A stretch of 32,000 nucleotides of DNA from Zygophlyctis sp. KS116 (lineage: Eukaryota > Fungi > Chytridiomycota), in contig BAAFSQ010000088.1 in NCBI GenBank assembly GCA_054661495.1, forward strand, positions 1 through 32,000, read 5' to 3'. The position numbers were made by a program, and so were the translations under genes. Position 1 is the first letter of the stretch; every line of letters begins with the position of its first letter. The notes beneath the pieces are model-generated. The model searched no databases, was not told the DNA's origin, and saw nothing but the letters and a program-made list of their open reading frames with translations. Shown piece after piece: positions 21,038 to 32,000 of this stretch.

Positions 21038-21651
21038 TTATTTTGTATATTCTAATTGATCTATTAACCAGTCTATTCCTCCAGAGATTCCATCTCCAGT
21101 TAATGCATTTGTGGCACTTTTCTTTAGTTTCTAACAATAATCTTACCATATTGTCCAATTTCGATCCTTTATTATTTCTAGCTCAAGGGCATCAGAAATT
21201 TCCACTGCATTCATGCCTTCCATATCCATTTTATTTGCCAAAAACAGTATAGGAATCGATCTATTTTTGATTGCTTTAGTTATGAGAAATCAAATTGATT
21301 ACCTCGATGTCCGAGAACCGTGTCCAGTTCATCTTTACACACAGAAATCCTCATCTTGTCCGAAGAGTCTATTACAAATACAATACTATCTGCATCCAGG
21401 AAATAATGTTCCCATAGATCACGATATCTCCCCTGTCCACTCATATCAAAGGCAGTAAATGATAATTTTGATCTACTAAACTTTTCTACCGTAAATCCTA
21501 TTGTTGGAACTATTTCTTCTAATGGTGTCTGATCTATCTTTAGTCTATTTAAAATTGTAGATTTTCCTGAATTATCAAGACCGACAAAGAGAACATTAAC
21601 TTTTCTTTTTGCAATTCCAATCGCAATTAGAAAGTTTGACCAGATCCCCAT
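21038..21651 (-). CDS. ARL6: ARF-like GTPase 6 (BBS3), ciliary trafficking
   Basis: GLDNSGKST, diagnostic FDMSGQGRYRDLWEHY, NKMD, ATNALTG; introns 21274-21302, 21117-21146. Confidence 0.93.
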
Positions 21652-21794
21652 ATTTTCTGTGCTGATCTATCAAGGAATTTCCAAAAATTCGGACATTTAA
21701 TTTCCGTTGACTTTTTAAGGAATATTTCTATTCAAACACATTCAGTATACATCTCAATAATTCCAATTACAAAAATACTGAAAGATCAAAATTA

Positions 21795-22443
21795 CTAATA
21801 CAAAATAACGACAAACAAGAACAGAATCCCAATCAGTAAAGATAACCGTGAAATGAAGCTTCGTGTCTCAGACAATGAATTTGGCTGATTTACATTATTC
21901 TGACCATTGAAATTTCTAGAATTTAATGCTAATTGTAAAAATAACGGAAATATTCCAAATGCACCAAAATGAAAAACAGTTGTTCCAGTGGTAAATTGAA
22001 ATCCCTGAAACATATCATTAAATGTATTATTCCTCCCAGGCGCCTCTGTTCTTTGTCCTTGAGGCCTCTCAGGAATCGTTTCTCTATAATTTATTTTACA
22101 GTCAGTTTACCTCGGATCAGCATTCTTCCCTTTAGTGTAAATTGGTATTAACTTTTCTTTTTCAATTGCTGATTTACAAACAGGACATGTATTACACAGG
22201 GGAGTGTTAGAAATCATCCATTGATAAATGCTTCAAATAAAAATGAGAAAATTACCAAGGCCAACAGAACAAATGACCACATAAAGTTATAACTGGCTGA
22301 CTTGCCATATCTAAGCAAATATTACATTCAAATAAAACAGGCACTTCCGCCTCATCTTTGGCAGTTGGAGGGGCGGTTGTTGATGTCTGCTGGGTTGGAT
22401 TATCGTCAGAATTGAATCTGTTTCTTGCACCGCCAGATTCCAT
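21795..22443 (-). CDS. RNF5/RNF185-like ER membrane RING E3 ligase
   Basis: FECNICLD...CGHLFCWPC...CPVCK...IPIY, RPQGQR, C-terminal TM; introns 22231-22255, 22084-22110. Confidence 0.9.
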
Positions 22444-22651
22444 GTGGCCCTAAAACACACTTCTACGTTTTGTCCGAAAGGATCTTGCTGCCGCTCAGCT
22501 ACTTACTACTGCCATTAATAAATTTATAAATATAATTTGGTGATTTTCTCTTGTTGAATGTTTACTTATTTTCTTATTGATAAAATTGAAATTCAGGAAT
22601 AGTGGGACGTACTTCAAAGATGACCTCATTTAGGATCTAACGAGATCTCAA

Positions 22652-24293
22652 ATGTCATTCACTCAAGACTGTTTAAAAGAATCATTTGAGGCAGAATATG
22701 TAGCACTAGCAACATCATTGTCTCCTGGCGTAGCTCTAGCAGCTTTAATAAACTCTAACAATTCACCAGCAATCAATAAATACATAAAGGAAATTTCAGT
22801 AGCAGATATTCCAATGCCTATATCTAAAGATGAGCAGAAAAATATTGACAGGATGATGAATGACTTATCTGTAAGATCAAATACTGAAAAGTCTCAAATG
22901 TCCGAACGAAAATATACAGACAAGAGGATGAAAGAAAAGTCTAAAGATGTCACTATTAAGGTTAAAGAAGAGGATCCTGATATAGCTGCAGAAAAAAGGG
23001 AGAAGGAAATGCATGATAATGTAAATTGGTTGATTTATCATAGAGGGCAATAGCAATTTATGATCTTTTTGAAAGAAAAAGAGTAGCTTATCATGATCAG
23101 GGAAGAATAGAAATCAAGAAACATTTAATACAATCGAAACAAAGGCTGGAGAAATTGGAAAAGAATTTGAAATTGGCTGGTGAAAAAAAGCCCAAAGTAG
23201 AGGCAAAGGTATGTAATTTTACAAAATAAATAAAAGAAAAAAGTAGAATTACCACTACATCTGCAGGGCGGACTGAACAATAACTTTAAAGTGGATGAAT
23301 CAATGAAATCTTGTTGGTATGATCGAGTCGCAGAAAACTATTTATCAAAACGTAGATTACCCAAAAAGGAAAAATTAAAGAATAACTATATAAATCAAGT
23401 ACCCATTCAACATGATCAAATCGTTTCTCGACCTACTTTATCAAAAAAGGAAGAGATTGGTAATGTCCAAAAGGGTCTGTTAGATAATATATTTGGTGCT
23501 CCTGTAATGTGCTCATTAAATACACAAATAGAAATGAATGATGATACTTCGTACTATTTTACAAAATATGATTATGATTTTCATTCGGTATGATGAATTC
23601 ATTTATATTTAGGAGAAATTGAAAAGAAAAAACAAGCTAAAGCAGATTTCCGATCAGATTTCTAGAAATAAAGCTGTGACTTTGGACTCCTTAGTGCACA
23701 ATGGAATAAATGTGATAGCTCCGCCTGTCTCAGAAAAAGTAGAAGAGGAAACTATACTCATTAACATTCCAGACGATGACACATTAGAGGAAACAACAGA
23801 TGATAAATCACTTCAAAGGCGACAATCTTTGCTCAGAACTAAAAAGTCATTCAGTGAAAAGGAAGAGAGACTAACTACTAGAAGATCATTCTTATTAAGC
23901 AGAAATAATTCAAGAAGAACTAATGAATCGGATTCAGATGCACGTATCAGTGTTGGAGAGGATGATATAATCAATATATTTTTTCCTCAGTCTCCAAGTA
24001 GTCAGAGTAACAACTTAAGTGTCATTTTTAAAGGAAAATCGCCAAGGAAAATTGATGAGAAGGATGCAATTAAATTGCCTGATTTTGCAATCAGTGAAAA
24101 TACAGGATCAGAATTGCATACCAATATTTCTAAAGCAGCAGATAATCAAGTAACAAAAGTGGTCGAAAAGTCAAAAGTTAAAAAAGTACCAGAACCGCTT
24201 ACATGGAATGAAATGGTTGAAATGGACAGTCAGAAAATAGTGGCACCTGAAAAAGTTCCCCTAATGAAATGGTATAATCCAAAATTCAATTAA
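22652..24293 (+). CDS. Uncharacterised charged/low-complexity protein
   Basis: Four exons joined by introns 23021-23043, 23209-23236, 23588-23612; no recognised domain. Confidence 0.65.
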
Positions 24294-25381
24294 AGTTTTA
24301 TCCAAATTGTATCACCATTTTCAATTTCTAGACTTTGCAAGGATTCAGTAAAATCAAAAGCCTCAAATTTTTGCTTATGTTTCCCATCCTCTGTCTCATA
24401 CGGAACCAATCTTCCTAACTTAAATGGTTGAACATTTCCCAGCGCAGCATCAAAAGCTGGCTTTGATTCTGACTGTCCGATTTGTAATTGTTTAATCGCA
24501 AAAAAATCTTGAGAAATTTGTCTTTTCAACATATCTACAGACATATCCAGGGTGGGAACCATGATAGTAGCCCCATCAGACTTTTTAAGTTTACCACCTT
24601 CTTTATCTGCGTTTGAAGAATGTATTCTCAAGTGAATAAATATAACCTCCTATTTTTTAGATTTCCAAAATACCTCTTTATCAATAGGATCAACGGATGC
24701 CCGATTAATATAGTATTTACTTTTAAGAGTCGGATCTAATGCTTGCCTTAAAATTGCATTTGTTTCTAGTTCTAGAGTATTGCTTGTTTTTTCGGACACC
24801 GAGCCAAATGTTTCGTAAATTTCATCCATATTTTGAAGCACTAATTTTTTAATTTCAATTATTTACATAATTCTTCCATATCTGCATGATGAGTTGCCAA
24901 TTCCGAGTACCTCTTTGATTGTGATAAAACAGTATCATCCAACTGTCCGATATTTGCGTTTGCCAGACCTTTAACTGATTCAATCTGAGCTTGATGAATT
25001 CTATTATTTGAAAACATCAACTGTGCTTGTGAACCAATCATTACAGATCGTGAAAAGTTCTTATCACTTACCGATCTATACAATGCAATTTGTTGAGCAA
25101 TCATTTTAGCCTTTGGTAAATCTAATATTCAATAAGAGTATAATACCTCCTTTACTAGCAAAGCTTTTAAGTTGAATCATCTAAATAATTAATGTTCAAA
25201 CTTTTACTAAAGATTTTTCAGATCGATCTAAATTCGTACGATCTCTCTTCAAGTCTCGTTGACACGCTGTAGCATTCCTTTTAACATACTTTAATCGATC
25301 TGCTCGATCGTTTAGAGTTTTACTTTTGGCAGGAGTATTTTTAGTTAATTGCCAAGATGTCCAATCCATCATTGACTGCAT
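24290..25381 (-). CDS. Divergent ESCRT-III (Snf7 family, CHMP2/Vps2-like) protein with C-terminal ubiquitin-like domain
   Basis: QRDLKRDRTNLDRSEKSL..QLKSFASKGDLPKAKMIAQQIALYR matches CHMP2 helices 1-2; introns 25181-25207, 25122-25146, 24841-24866, 24650-24673; last exon has SVDMLKRQI...SLQSLEIENGDTIWIKL. Confidence 0.7.
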
Positions 25382-25464
25382 GTTTAGTTTCCGAATAGAA
25401 TGACATAAGCCGGGGTATTTTGTAGTTATTTTTGCATTTGCACGCACAAAGTTTGCCGTTTAGC

Positions 25465-27852
25465 ATGTTTAAACGACCAAGGCCTCTTCAAAATCTACCA
25501 GATGCAAAAGACTTGTTAGTTGATGACTTTGGTAGAAGAGTAACATATTCTGATTTTACGACGATTGACTGGATTCATGATAATACAAAAGAACGAGTAA
25601 GACAGAGAGCATTGGCAAAGATAACTGGAATACGTGGAATTCTATTAAGAGTATGGGATGCTTCAATAGCATGGATTGCGGTTTTGTTGATTGGTATGCA
25701 GTCTATTTAATGCGCTAGGAGCAATTACAGGATTAATAGCGGGATATATTGATATATCCGCTGAATGGTTGTCCGATATTAAGGAAGGATACTGTTCTGA
25801 TGGATTTTATTTGAAATATAAGTTTTGCTGTCAGTACAGGGAAGATAATTGTCCTGAATGGGTTTCATGGGATCAAAGTTGGATAGTAGGATATTTTTTA
25901 TATACAGGTTTGGCTGTTATTTTTGGGCTTTTAAGTGCAGTCTTTGTTTATCAATACGCTCCTTATGCAGCTGGATCTGGAATTCCAGAAGTGATTAAAC
26001 TTTGAAATAAATTGTAGGTAAAGACTATTCTTGGTGGATTTGTGATTCGAAACTTTTTAAGTCTTTCAACTCTATTGATCAAAGTAGTCAGCTTGATTCT
26101 TTCTGTTGCGTCTGGTATGGCTTTGGGAAAAGAAGGTCCGCTAGTACACGTTGCGTGTTGTATTGGACAGATTATACCGTCTTTCTTTAGAAAATACTCA
26201 AATAATGAAGCTAAAAAGAGGGAAATGTTGAGTGTAGCATCTGCAACAGGTGTAAGTGTAGCTTTTGGGGCGCCAATTGGAGGAGTAAACAGTATTCTTT
26301 AATTTTCCAGGTTTTGTTTTCACTAGAAGAAGTCTCATACTATTTTCCTTATAAGACAATGTGGAGGTCATTTATTGCAGCTATGATAGGAGCTCTTTCA
26401 CTTCAGTTGGTTAATCCTTTTCGTAGTGGGAAATTGGTGCTGTTTCAGGTCTCATATCATCGTAATTGGAATACGTTTGAGCTTCCCTTTTTTGTATTCA
26501 TTGGAGTTATGGGAGGCATTTATGGGACATTTTTTATCAACATGGTATCTTAAAATTGTCATAACCCCAAGAATTTGAAATATGCACGATTCAAGAAAAA
26601 TTCATGGGTTAAGAACTGGCCCATTGCAGAGGTTGCAGGCGTTGCATTTTTGACCGGAATGCTTAGTTATCCGTTTCATTTTTCGAGGTAAATGCCTTAA
26701 CTCATTTTTCATTAGATCAAATGCCTCTGAACTAGTTGCAAATCTTTTTCGCGAATGTGCTGAGGTTGAGAGGGATTTTTATGGTCTATGTAATCCAAAT
26801 CAATTCTGGGTCAGTATCATCTCATTAATAATTACGATTATAATCAAAATATTTCTAACTATAATCACGTTTGGGATCAAAGTGCCAGCTGGAATATTGT
26901 ATTCTCCTGATAAATAATAATACTTAGTATCCCATCCATGGCTATCGGAGCATCATTTGGTCGAATCGTCGGGATGATTATAGAAGCCTGGCAGCAAAAG
27001 TATCCTACATTATGGCTCTTTGCATCGTGTCAAGACAGTAGATGTGTCACCCCTGGAACCTACGCTATGGTTGGAGCTGCAGCCTCGCTTGCAGGAATCA
27101 CTAGGATGGCTGTTTCTCTTACTGTGATAATGTTTGAATTGACAGGGGCATTTTCTTATGTTTTGCCGATTATGTTGACGGTTATGGTGGCTAATTGGGT
27201 CGGCAACGCTTTAGAAAAAAGAGGGTATTTTTGAATCAAAGTAACAAAAAAGAATATATGATGGGCTTATTCAACTAAATGACTATCCTTACTTGGATTT
27301 GAAAGAGAAATATCTTGAAGATAACACAGCAGGCGACCTTATGACGAGGGCGGAGGATATTCAACTAATTCCAGCCACTGGTCACACTATTGAGAGTCTA
27401 GGTACTTGTTAGTCTCTAATTTTATAGAGATTATGCTCTCTGAAAGTGAGTATCAGGGATTTCCAATTGTCTCATCACTGCAAGAAATGTATCTCGTTGG
27501 TTATGCTGGAAAAGCCGAACTATTATACGCTATCAAAGGAGCTAAGGACACTTTAATGTCCGCGAATAGCATTTGTTTATTTTCTGAAGATTCACATGTT
27601 TCAGATACGGATGTTACTCTGGATCTAAGACCTTGGATGGACTCAACTCCATTTACTTTACATCCAAGGTATCCCATGGGATTGGTTTTAGAAGTTTTTA
27701 AAAAATTGGGACTAAGAAGCGTACTAATAACGCGCAGAGGGAAGTTATGCGGACTGATCACGAAAAAAGATTTGCTCCATCATCTCAACTGTCTAAATGA
27801 TCCCACGGGAAGATATAGTCCAGTCGGTGTATGGGATAGAGAAACTGGTTAA
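25465..27852 (+). CDS. CLC-family chloride/proton exchanger (ClC-3/Gef1-like) with CBS domains
   Basis: [42 protein letters not shown] pair; eight introns of 25-29 nt (25694-25718 through 27402-27427). Confidence 0.95.
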
Positions 27853-27955
27853 ACCACTCAAAATTCATCAATCCACTTAAAATGCATGATTCTATATATT
27901 AATTATCCGAAAACATATATCGAGTAAAGGAATCAGACAGACCAAGGTACGTTTG

Positions 27956-30173
27956 TTATCTTCTCTTTTTATGTCGACTTTTGCTCTTGTTCTTTGACTT
28001 GAATTTCGGGCTAGATTTCTTATCTTTAACAGAGGAGTTTCCTACTGAAGGCTTTTTCCGGTTATCAACTTCTCGGTCGAATGAGCCTTGTTTGGTAGTT
28101 GACTTTTTCTTTGGGGTCTCTTTTGCACTTGATTCAGATATTTTTAATATTTTTTTTGGTTTCAAACTTATTTTCGAAGATCTCGCGGCTGCCTTTTGAG
28201 ATACCATTTCTTTAGAATCTTCCTCGACTGCTAGTCTGCGTCTTTTTTGCTTACGACTAAGGCCATCTAATTTTCCTCGTTTCAGTTGTTTAGTTTGTGA
28301 GTTATTAGAATTTTCTACCATACCAAAATCAAGCTTATGTTTGGCTGAACCAAGAGCTAAAAGATTATAATAAATATTTTTTACCTTTTGATTCAGCCTT
28401 ACCAGATTCACTCTGGAACCATATTCTTGCAGGGCGGCTTTTTATCTCATTTTCATGAATAATCAGATTTTCAGCTTTGCTGGCTTCCATATCAGCTATT
28501 CTGAATTCTTTTTGCTCCTTTTCTTCAGAAAACACTTCTTTGATCTTGCCCTCCAAACTTTTAATTTTACCCTGGAACTTTTCAATTACCGACGATGGCA
28601 TGACTCTACTTTTAATCTGATCCTTTGAATTCTTAATTGCAAGTTTTAAAACATTTCTATCATCTTCCCCGACAAAACTAACGGCTCTTCCTGACTTTGA
28701 AGCACGAGCAGTTCGTCCAACTCTGTGAACATATTGCGAGTAGTTACGGGGCATTTCATAATTAATGACAGTTTTGATTCCAGAAATATCCAATCCACGA
28801 GAAGCCAAATCTGTAGCTAGCAAGAAATCTACTTTTTTCTCTCTAAACAGTTCTAATGACTCCAAACGCTGCACCTGAGTTAGATTTCCATGCAGCTCTG
28901 CCGATTTCAAACCCAAAAGTTTAAAAACAATATTCATGTAATGTGCAGCAGATTTTGATTTAAAAAAGATGATTGCTTCGCTAGTGTAAGTACGTGAGCA
29001 GAGAGCAACTAGTAGTGCTGCACGACTATCTTCTCTGTGCGCACGGACTCTTATAAACTCTTGCAGTAGTCTCTTTGCCATTGATGATTGATTATCAACA
29101 AATAGACGAACAGGTCGATTAAGAGATAATTTAATAAGGTCATCGACATTATCTGTCATAGTAGCAGAAAAGAGCATAGTTTGCCTAGATTTTGGCGTAT
29201 GCTTTATAATTTCATTCAATTCATCTGCAAATCCATCTTCCAACATTCTATCAGCTTCATCCATAATTAAAATTTCAATACTATCAAGATTAAAGCTCTG
29301 AGAATTGTGAATATGATCAATCAATCTTCCAGGAGTTGCAATAATGACGTCTGGCCTTTTCTTCAATTCTAGTTCCTGGGTTTTTGAAGAAAGACCACCG
29401 ACAGTTAGACAAAATTCAATATCTGTATATTTTGCCAAATTCTTTGCCACATTAGCAACCTGTACTCCCAATTCTCTAGTAGGAACCAGAATCAAAACTC
29501 TAGATTTTGCAACATCCTTTGCCCTAAAAAGTAATCTTTCCAAAACCGGGATAACAAAAGCAGCAGTTTTTCCAGACCCAGTGACCGCCCCACCACAAAT
29601 ATCTTTTCCCATCATAGCAATAGGAATAGTCTTTGCTTGAATTGGAGTTGGTTTAACAAATCCAAGATCTGAAATACCTTTTAAAATTGATCTTGACAAT
29701 CTTAAAACAGTAAAACTATCAATCAAATCATCACCTTGATCATAAGCAGGCATTTCAAAAAACTCTTGTTTTCTTTTTTCATTGACTATATCCACTGGAT
29801 CCTGTTCTTGAATAATTTCTCTTTTTGAATCTTGCTGGTCTGATTGGATCGAATCTTGCTCATCTTCATCTTGATCATCACTTTCTTGATCATCTTCATC
29901 TTGACAATCACCTGCATCACCTGCATCATTTTCCGATGCATCGCTTTCATCATCTTGACCAATGTCCGATGCATCACTAATTTCACTCTTTGCAGATTCC
30001 TTTTCTAGGGTTATTTGAGCACTGATCTCATTCTCCTTTTGTAGACCTTGAAAATCATCAAATTCAAAATCTTGATCCTATATTTAGCGAATGCTAATTA
30101 CCATGATTGGGTCAGTCTCTGTGTCTGATAATGATGATGCATTGGAGAGTGCTTCCAGATCGATTTCGAGCAT
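27956..30173 (-). CDS. DRS1: DEAD-box RNA helicase Drs1/DDX27
   Basis: PTPIQ, AVTGSGKTAAF, PTRELG, DEAD, SAT, HRVGRTAR; acidic N-terminus, basic C-terminus; introns 30078-30101, 28357-28384. Confidence 0.93.
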
Positions 30174-30277
30174 TTTTTAGATAACCCTCAGAGTTGCAAT
30201 TTCTCGCATGGACATAGTTTGCCCTAGAGAGGTGCCCTAGAAATGTGACCTAATCAGATTGAATTAAGCTTTTTCAA

Positions 30278-31061
30278 ATGAGCGCAAGAATGCACGACCT
30301 TGTTTTTCAAGTTTTGGAGCCCGTTCTGGGACTTAAATGTACCCGCTCCGTTCAATCTTTGGATTTTGAGGATAAAGTTTGTATAGAATTACTCTTGTCT
30401 AAAATTATATCTGCTGGGATTATTGCTGGATCTTGCATTGTAAATCTTGAATTATAAAATTAGGTTAAAGTTCCTCAGATACTAAAAATACAATCTACTA
30501 AAACTACTGCTGGGCTTTCATTGTCATCTTATCTTTTACAAAATCTTGCGATATTGATTTCTCTAGCGTATAATTTTAAATCTGGAAATCCATTTTCTAC
30601 TTATGGAGAAGGTGCTGCTCTTGTGATTCAGAATATGATTATAAGTGTTCTGATTGCTAAAGATACAAGGGTCTCAAATTTAGTGGTAGGTCTAGGTTTT
30701 GCTGGATTTACAATTTTGTCAAACTTTTTGCTTGATTCATCTATTCAACAATTGACTAAATTACAATGGATAAGTACTTTTATAGGATTGGGCTCTAAAT
30801 TACCTCAGGTAAGTTTTATATAATATTTTACTCTAGATTTATTCTAATATTAAATTGAAAAATGTTGGATCTCAATCCATAATAACATTATTTTTGGAAT
30901 TTGCAGGAACTTTGGCTAGAGTTTTTACTACTTTTGCTGAAGTTTCAGACAAACTTTTATTAGGATCTGCAATTGCTGCTGCGGCTTTAAATGGAATTTT
31001 GATGGTGCAATTCTTTATTTACTCTAAAAAGTCTGTAAAAAACAAAAAGAAGAAACAATAA
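30278..31061 (+). CDS. MPDU1: Mannose-P-dolichol utilisation defect 1-like PQ-loop protein
   Basis: VKVPQILKI, PFSTYGE, KLPQI, GTLARVFTT, C-terminal KKxx; introns 30440-30463, 30809-30836. Confidence 0.9.
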
Positions 31062-31105
31062 ATCTCTTTTTTAAATTAAGAGTTTGAGTCAAGGTGCAAG
31101 AAAAA

Positions 31106-32000
31106 ATGCAGGAATGGATTCCGTCGGCTGAAGAGATCTCTGGACTAGCGAAATTACTAGAAAATTCAATTTCATCAGATTCGGCTGTTCAGGCAACTGT
31201 TGTAAAGGTATATTATTAATTTTTTATATTACAGCAATTGGCGACTTATAATGCAATTCCTGATTATAATCGGTATTTAGGTTATATTTTTGCTCTGGGA
31301 ACTTCATATTCTTCTTCTGTTAGAGCCATTGCAGGGCTGACATTGAAAAATAATGTAAAGGATCATTACGCTCATCTGCCGCATCCAGTTGTAGAATATA
31401 TTTTACACTGTTGCTTGATTGGTACGGCGGACGTTGAGTCGGTCGTGCGATCTACTGCAGGGACAATTATGACTACACTTGTTACAAAAGATTTTACTCA
31501 TATTCACAAGATTTTAGGTAAATTGGTTGAAAATTTACAAGCTACAAATATACCAGTTGTAGAGGTAAGTTTTATTACTAATTTTGTAAGGGAGCGCTCT
31601 CAGCATTAAAGAAAATTTCTGAAGATTCTGCTGTAGCATTTACAACTAGTGATCCTGCTCTTTTGGGTTTTATTATTCCTAAAATGATTTCACTCTTTAA
31701 TCATGAATCTTGGAGAGTAAGAGAAGGTGCAATCTTTGTTGTGAATCAATTTTTGGCTTTAAGAGCTAATATAATTATGGGAGTACATTTTGATGCGTTC
31801 TTGGCAGCTTTATTTTCTAGAGCAAATGATAGTAATCCAGAAGTAAGAAAACGGGTTTGTCAGTCTCTTGGAATTATTTTAGATGCAAGGCCAGAGGCGA
31901 TATTACAGCAACTTAATCCTATTGTATCATTTATGTTACATGTCATGGAAACCGATGAAGAATCAATTTCTTTAGAAGCTTGTGAATTTTGGTTGTCTTT
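31106..32000 (+). CDS. KAP104: Transportin-1 / karyopherin beta-2, 5' part (runs off window)
   Basis: MQEWIP, IPDYNRYL, RAIAGLTLKNN, GALSALKKISED, EVRKRVC, LEACEFW; introns 31208-31234, 31565-31590. Confidence 0.9.

Noticed and set aside
22444-22651. TACTTAC (U1-like 5' end) in a longer intergenic region
   Set aside because: No U1 stem-loops or Sm-site context; insufficient for an ncRNA call.
6112-27852. Pseudogenes, programmed frameshifts or stop-codon reassignment as the cause of ORF fragmentation
   Set aside because: Each break is resolved by a GT-AG intron that restores conserved motifs; long exons read through in the standard code.
29850-29980. Repetitive catc/gat tract resembling a microsatellite or array
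   Set aside because: Encodes the Asp/Glu-rich N-terminal region of Drs1.
6196-29986. Numerous shadow ORFs (e.g. 6568-7011, 8018-8275, 11992-12351, 15566-15907, 27501-27761, 29344-29640, 29786-29986)
   Set aside because: Antisense or off-frame to well-supported genes, with no motifs.

Overview
AT-rich, extremely gene-dense eukaryotic genomic DNA. It is most likely a zoosporic (chytrid-type) fungus, inferred from fungal-type housekeeping genes plus the ciliary GTPase ARL6/BBS3. The ORF track is fragmented because nearly every gene is split by tiny GT-AG introns: about 50 could be placed by hand, almost all 23-33 nt. Left half (1-17.8 kb), accessory-like: three tandem paralogues of an unrecognised ~175-aa protein, then ten co-oriented + strand genes. 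These are seven pepsin-family (A1) aspartic proteases (two TM-anchored, three GPI-like, two unanchored), RFC5, an intronless HNH nuclease and a secreted, probably GPI-anchored GH1 glycosidase. Right half, mostly housekeeping: SDH8, MRPL4, an unknown secreted protein, SPC25, ARL6, an RNF5-like E3, an unknown protein, a divergent ESCRT-III (CHMP2/Vps2-like) protein fused to a ubiquitin-like domain, a CLC transporter, DRS1, MPDU1 and transportin (partial). All exon boundaries are manual predictions, and no database searches were run.
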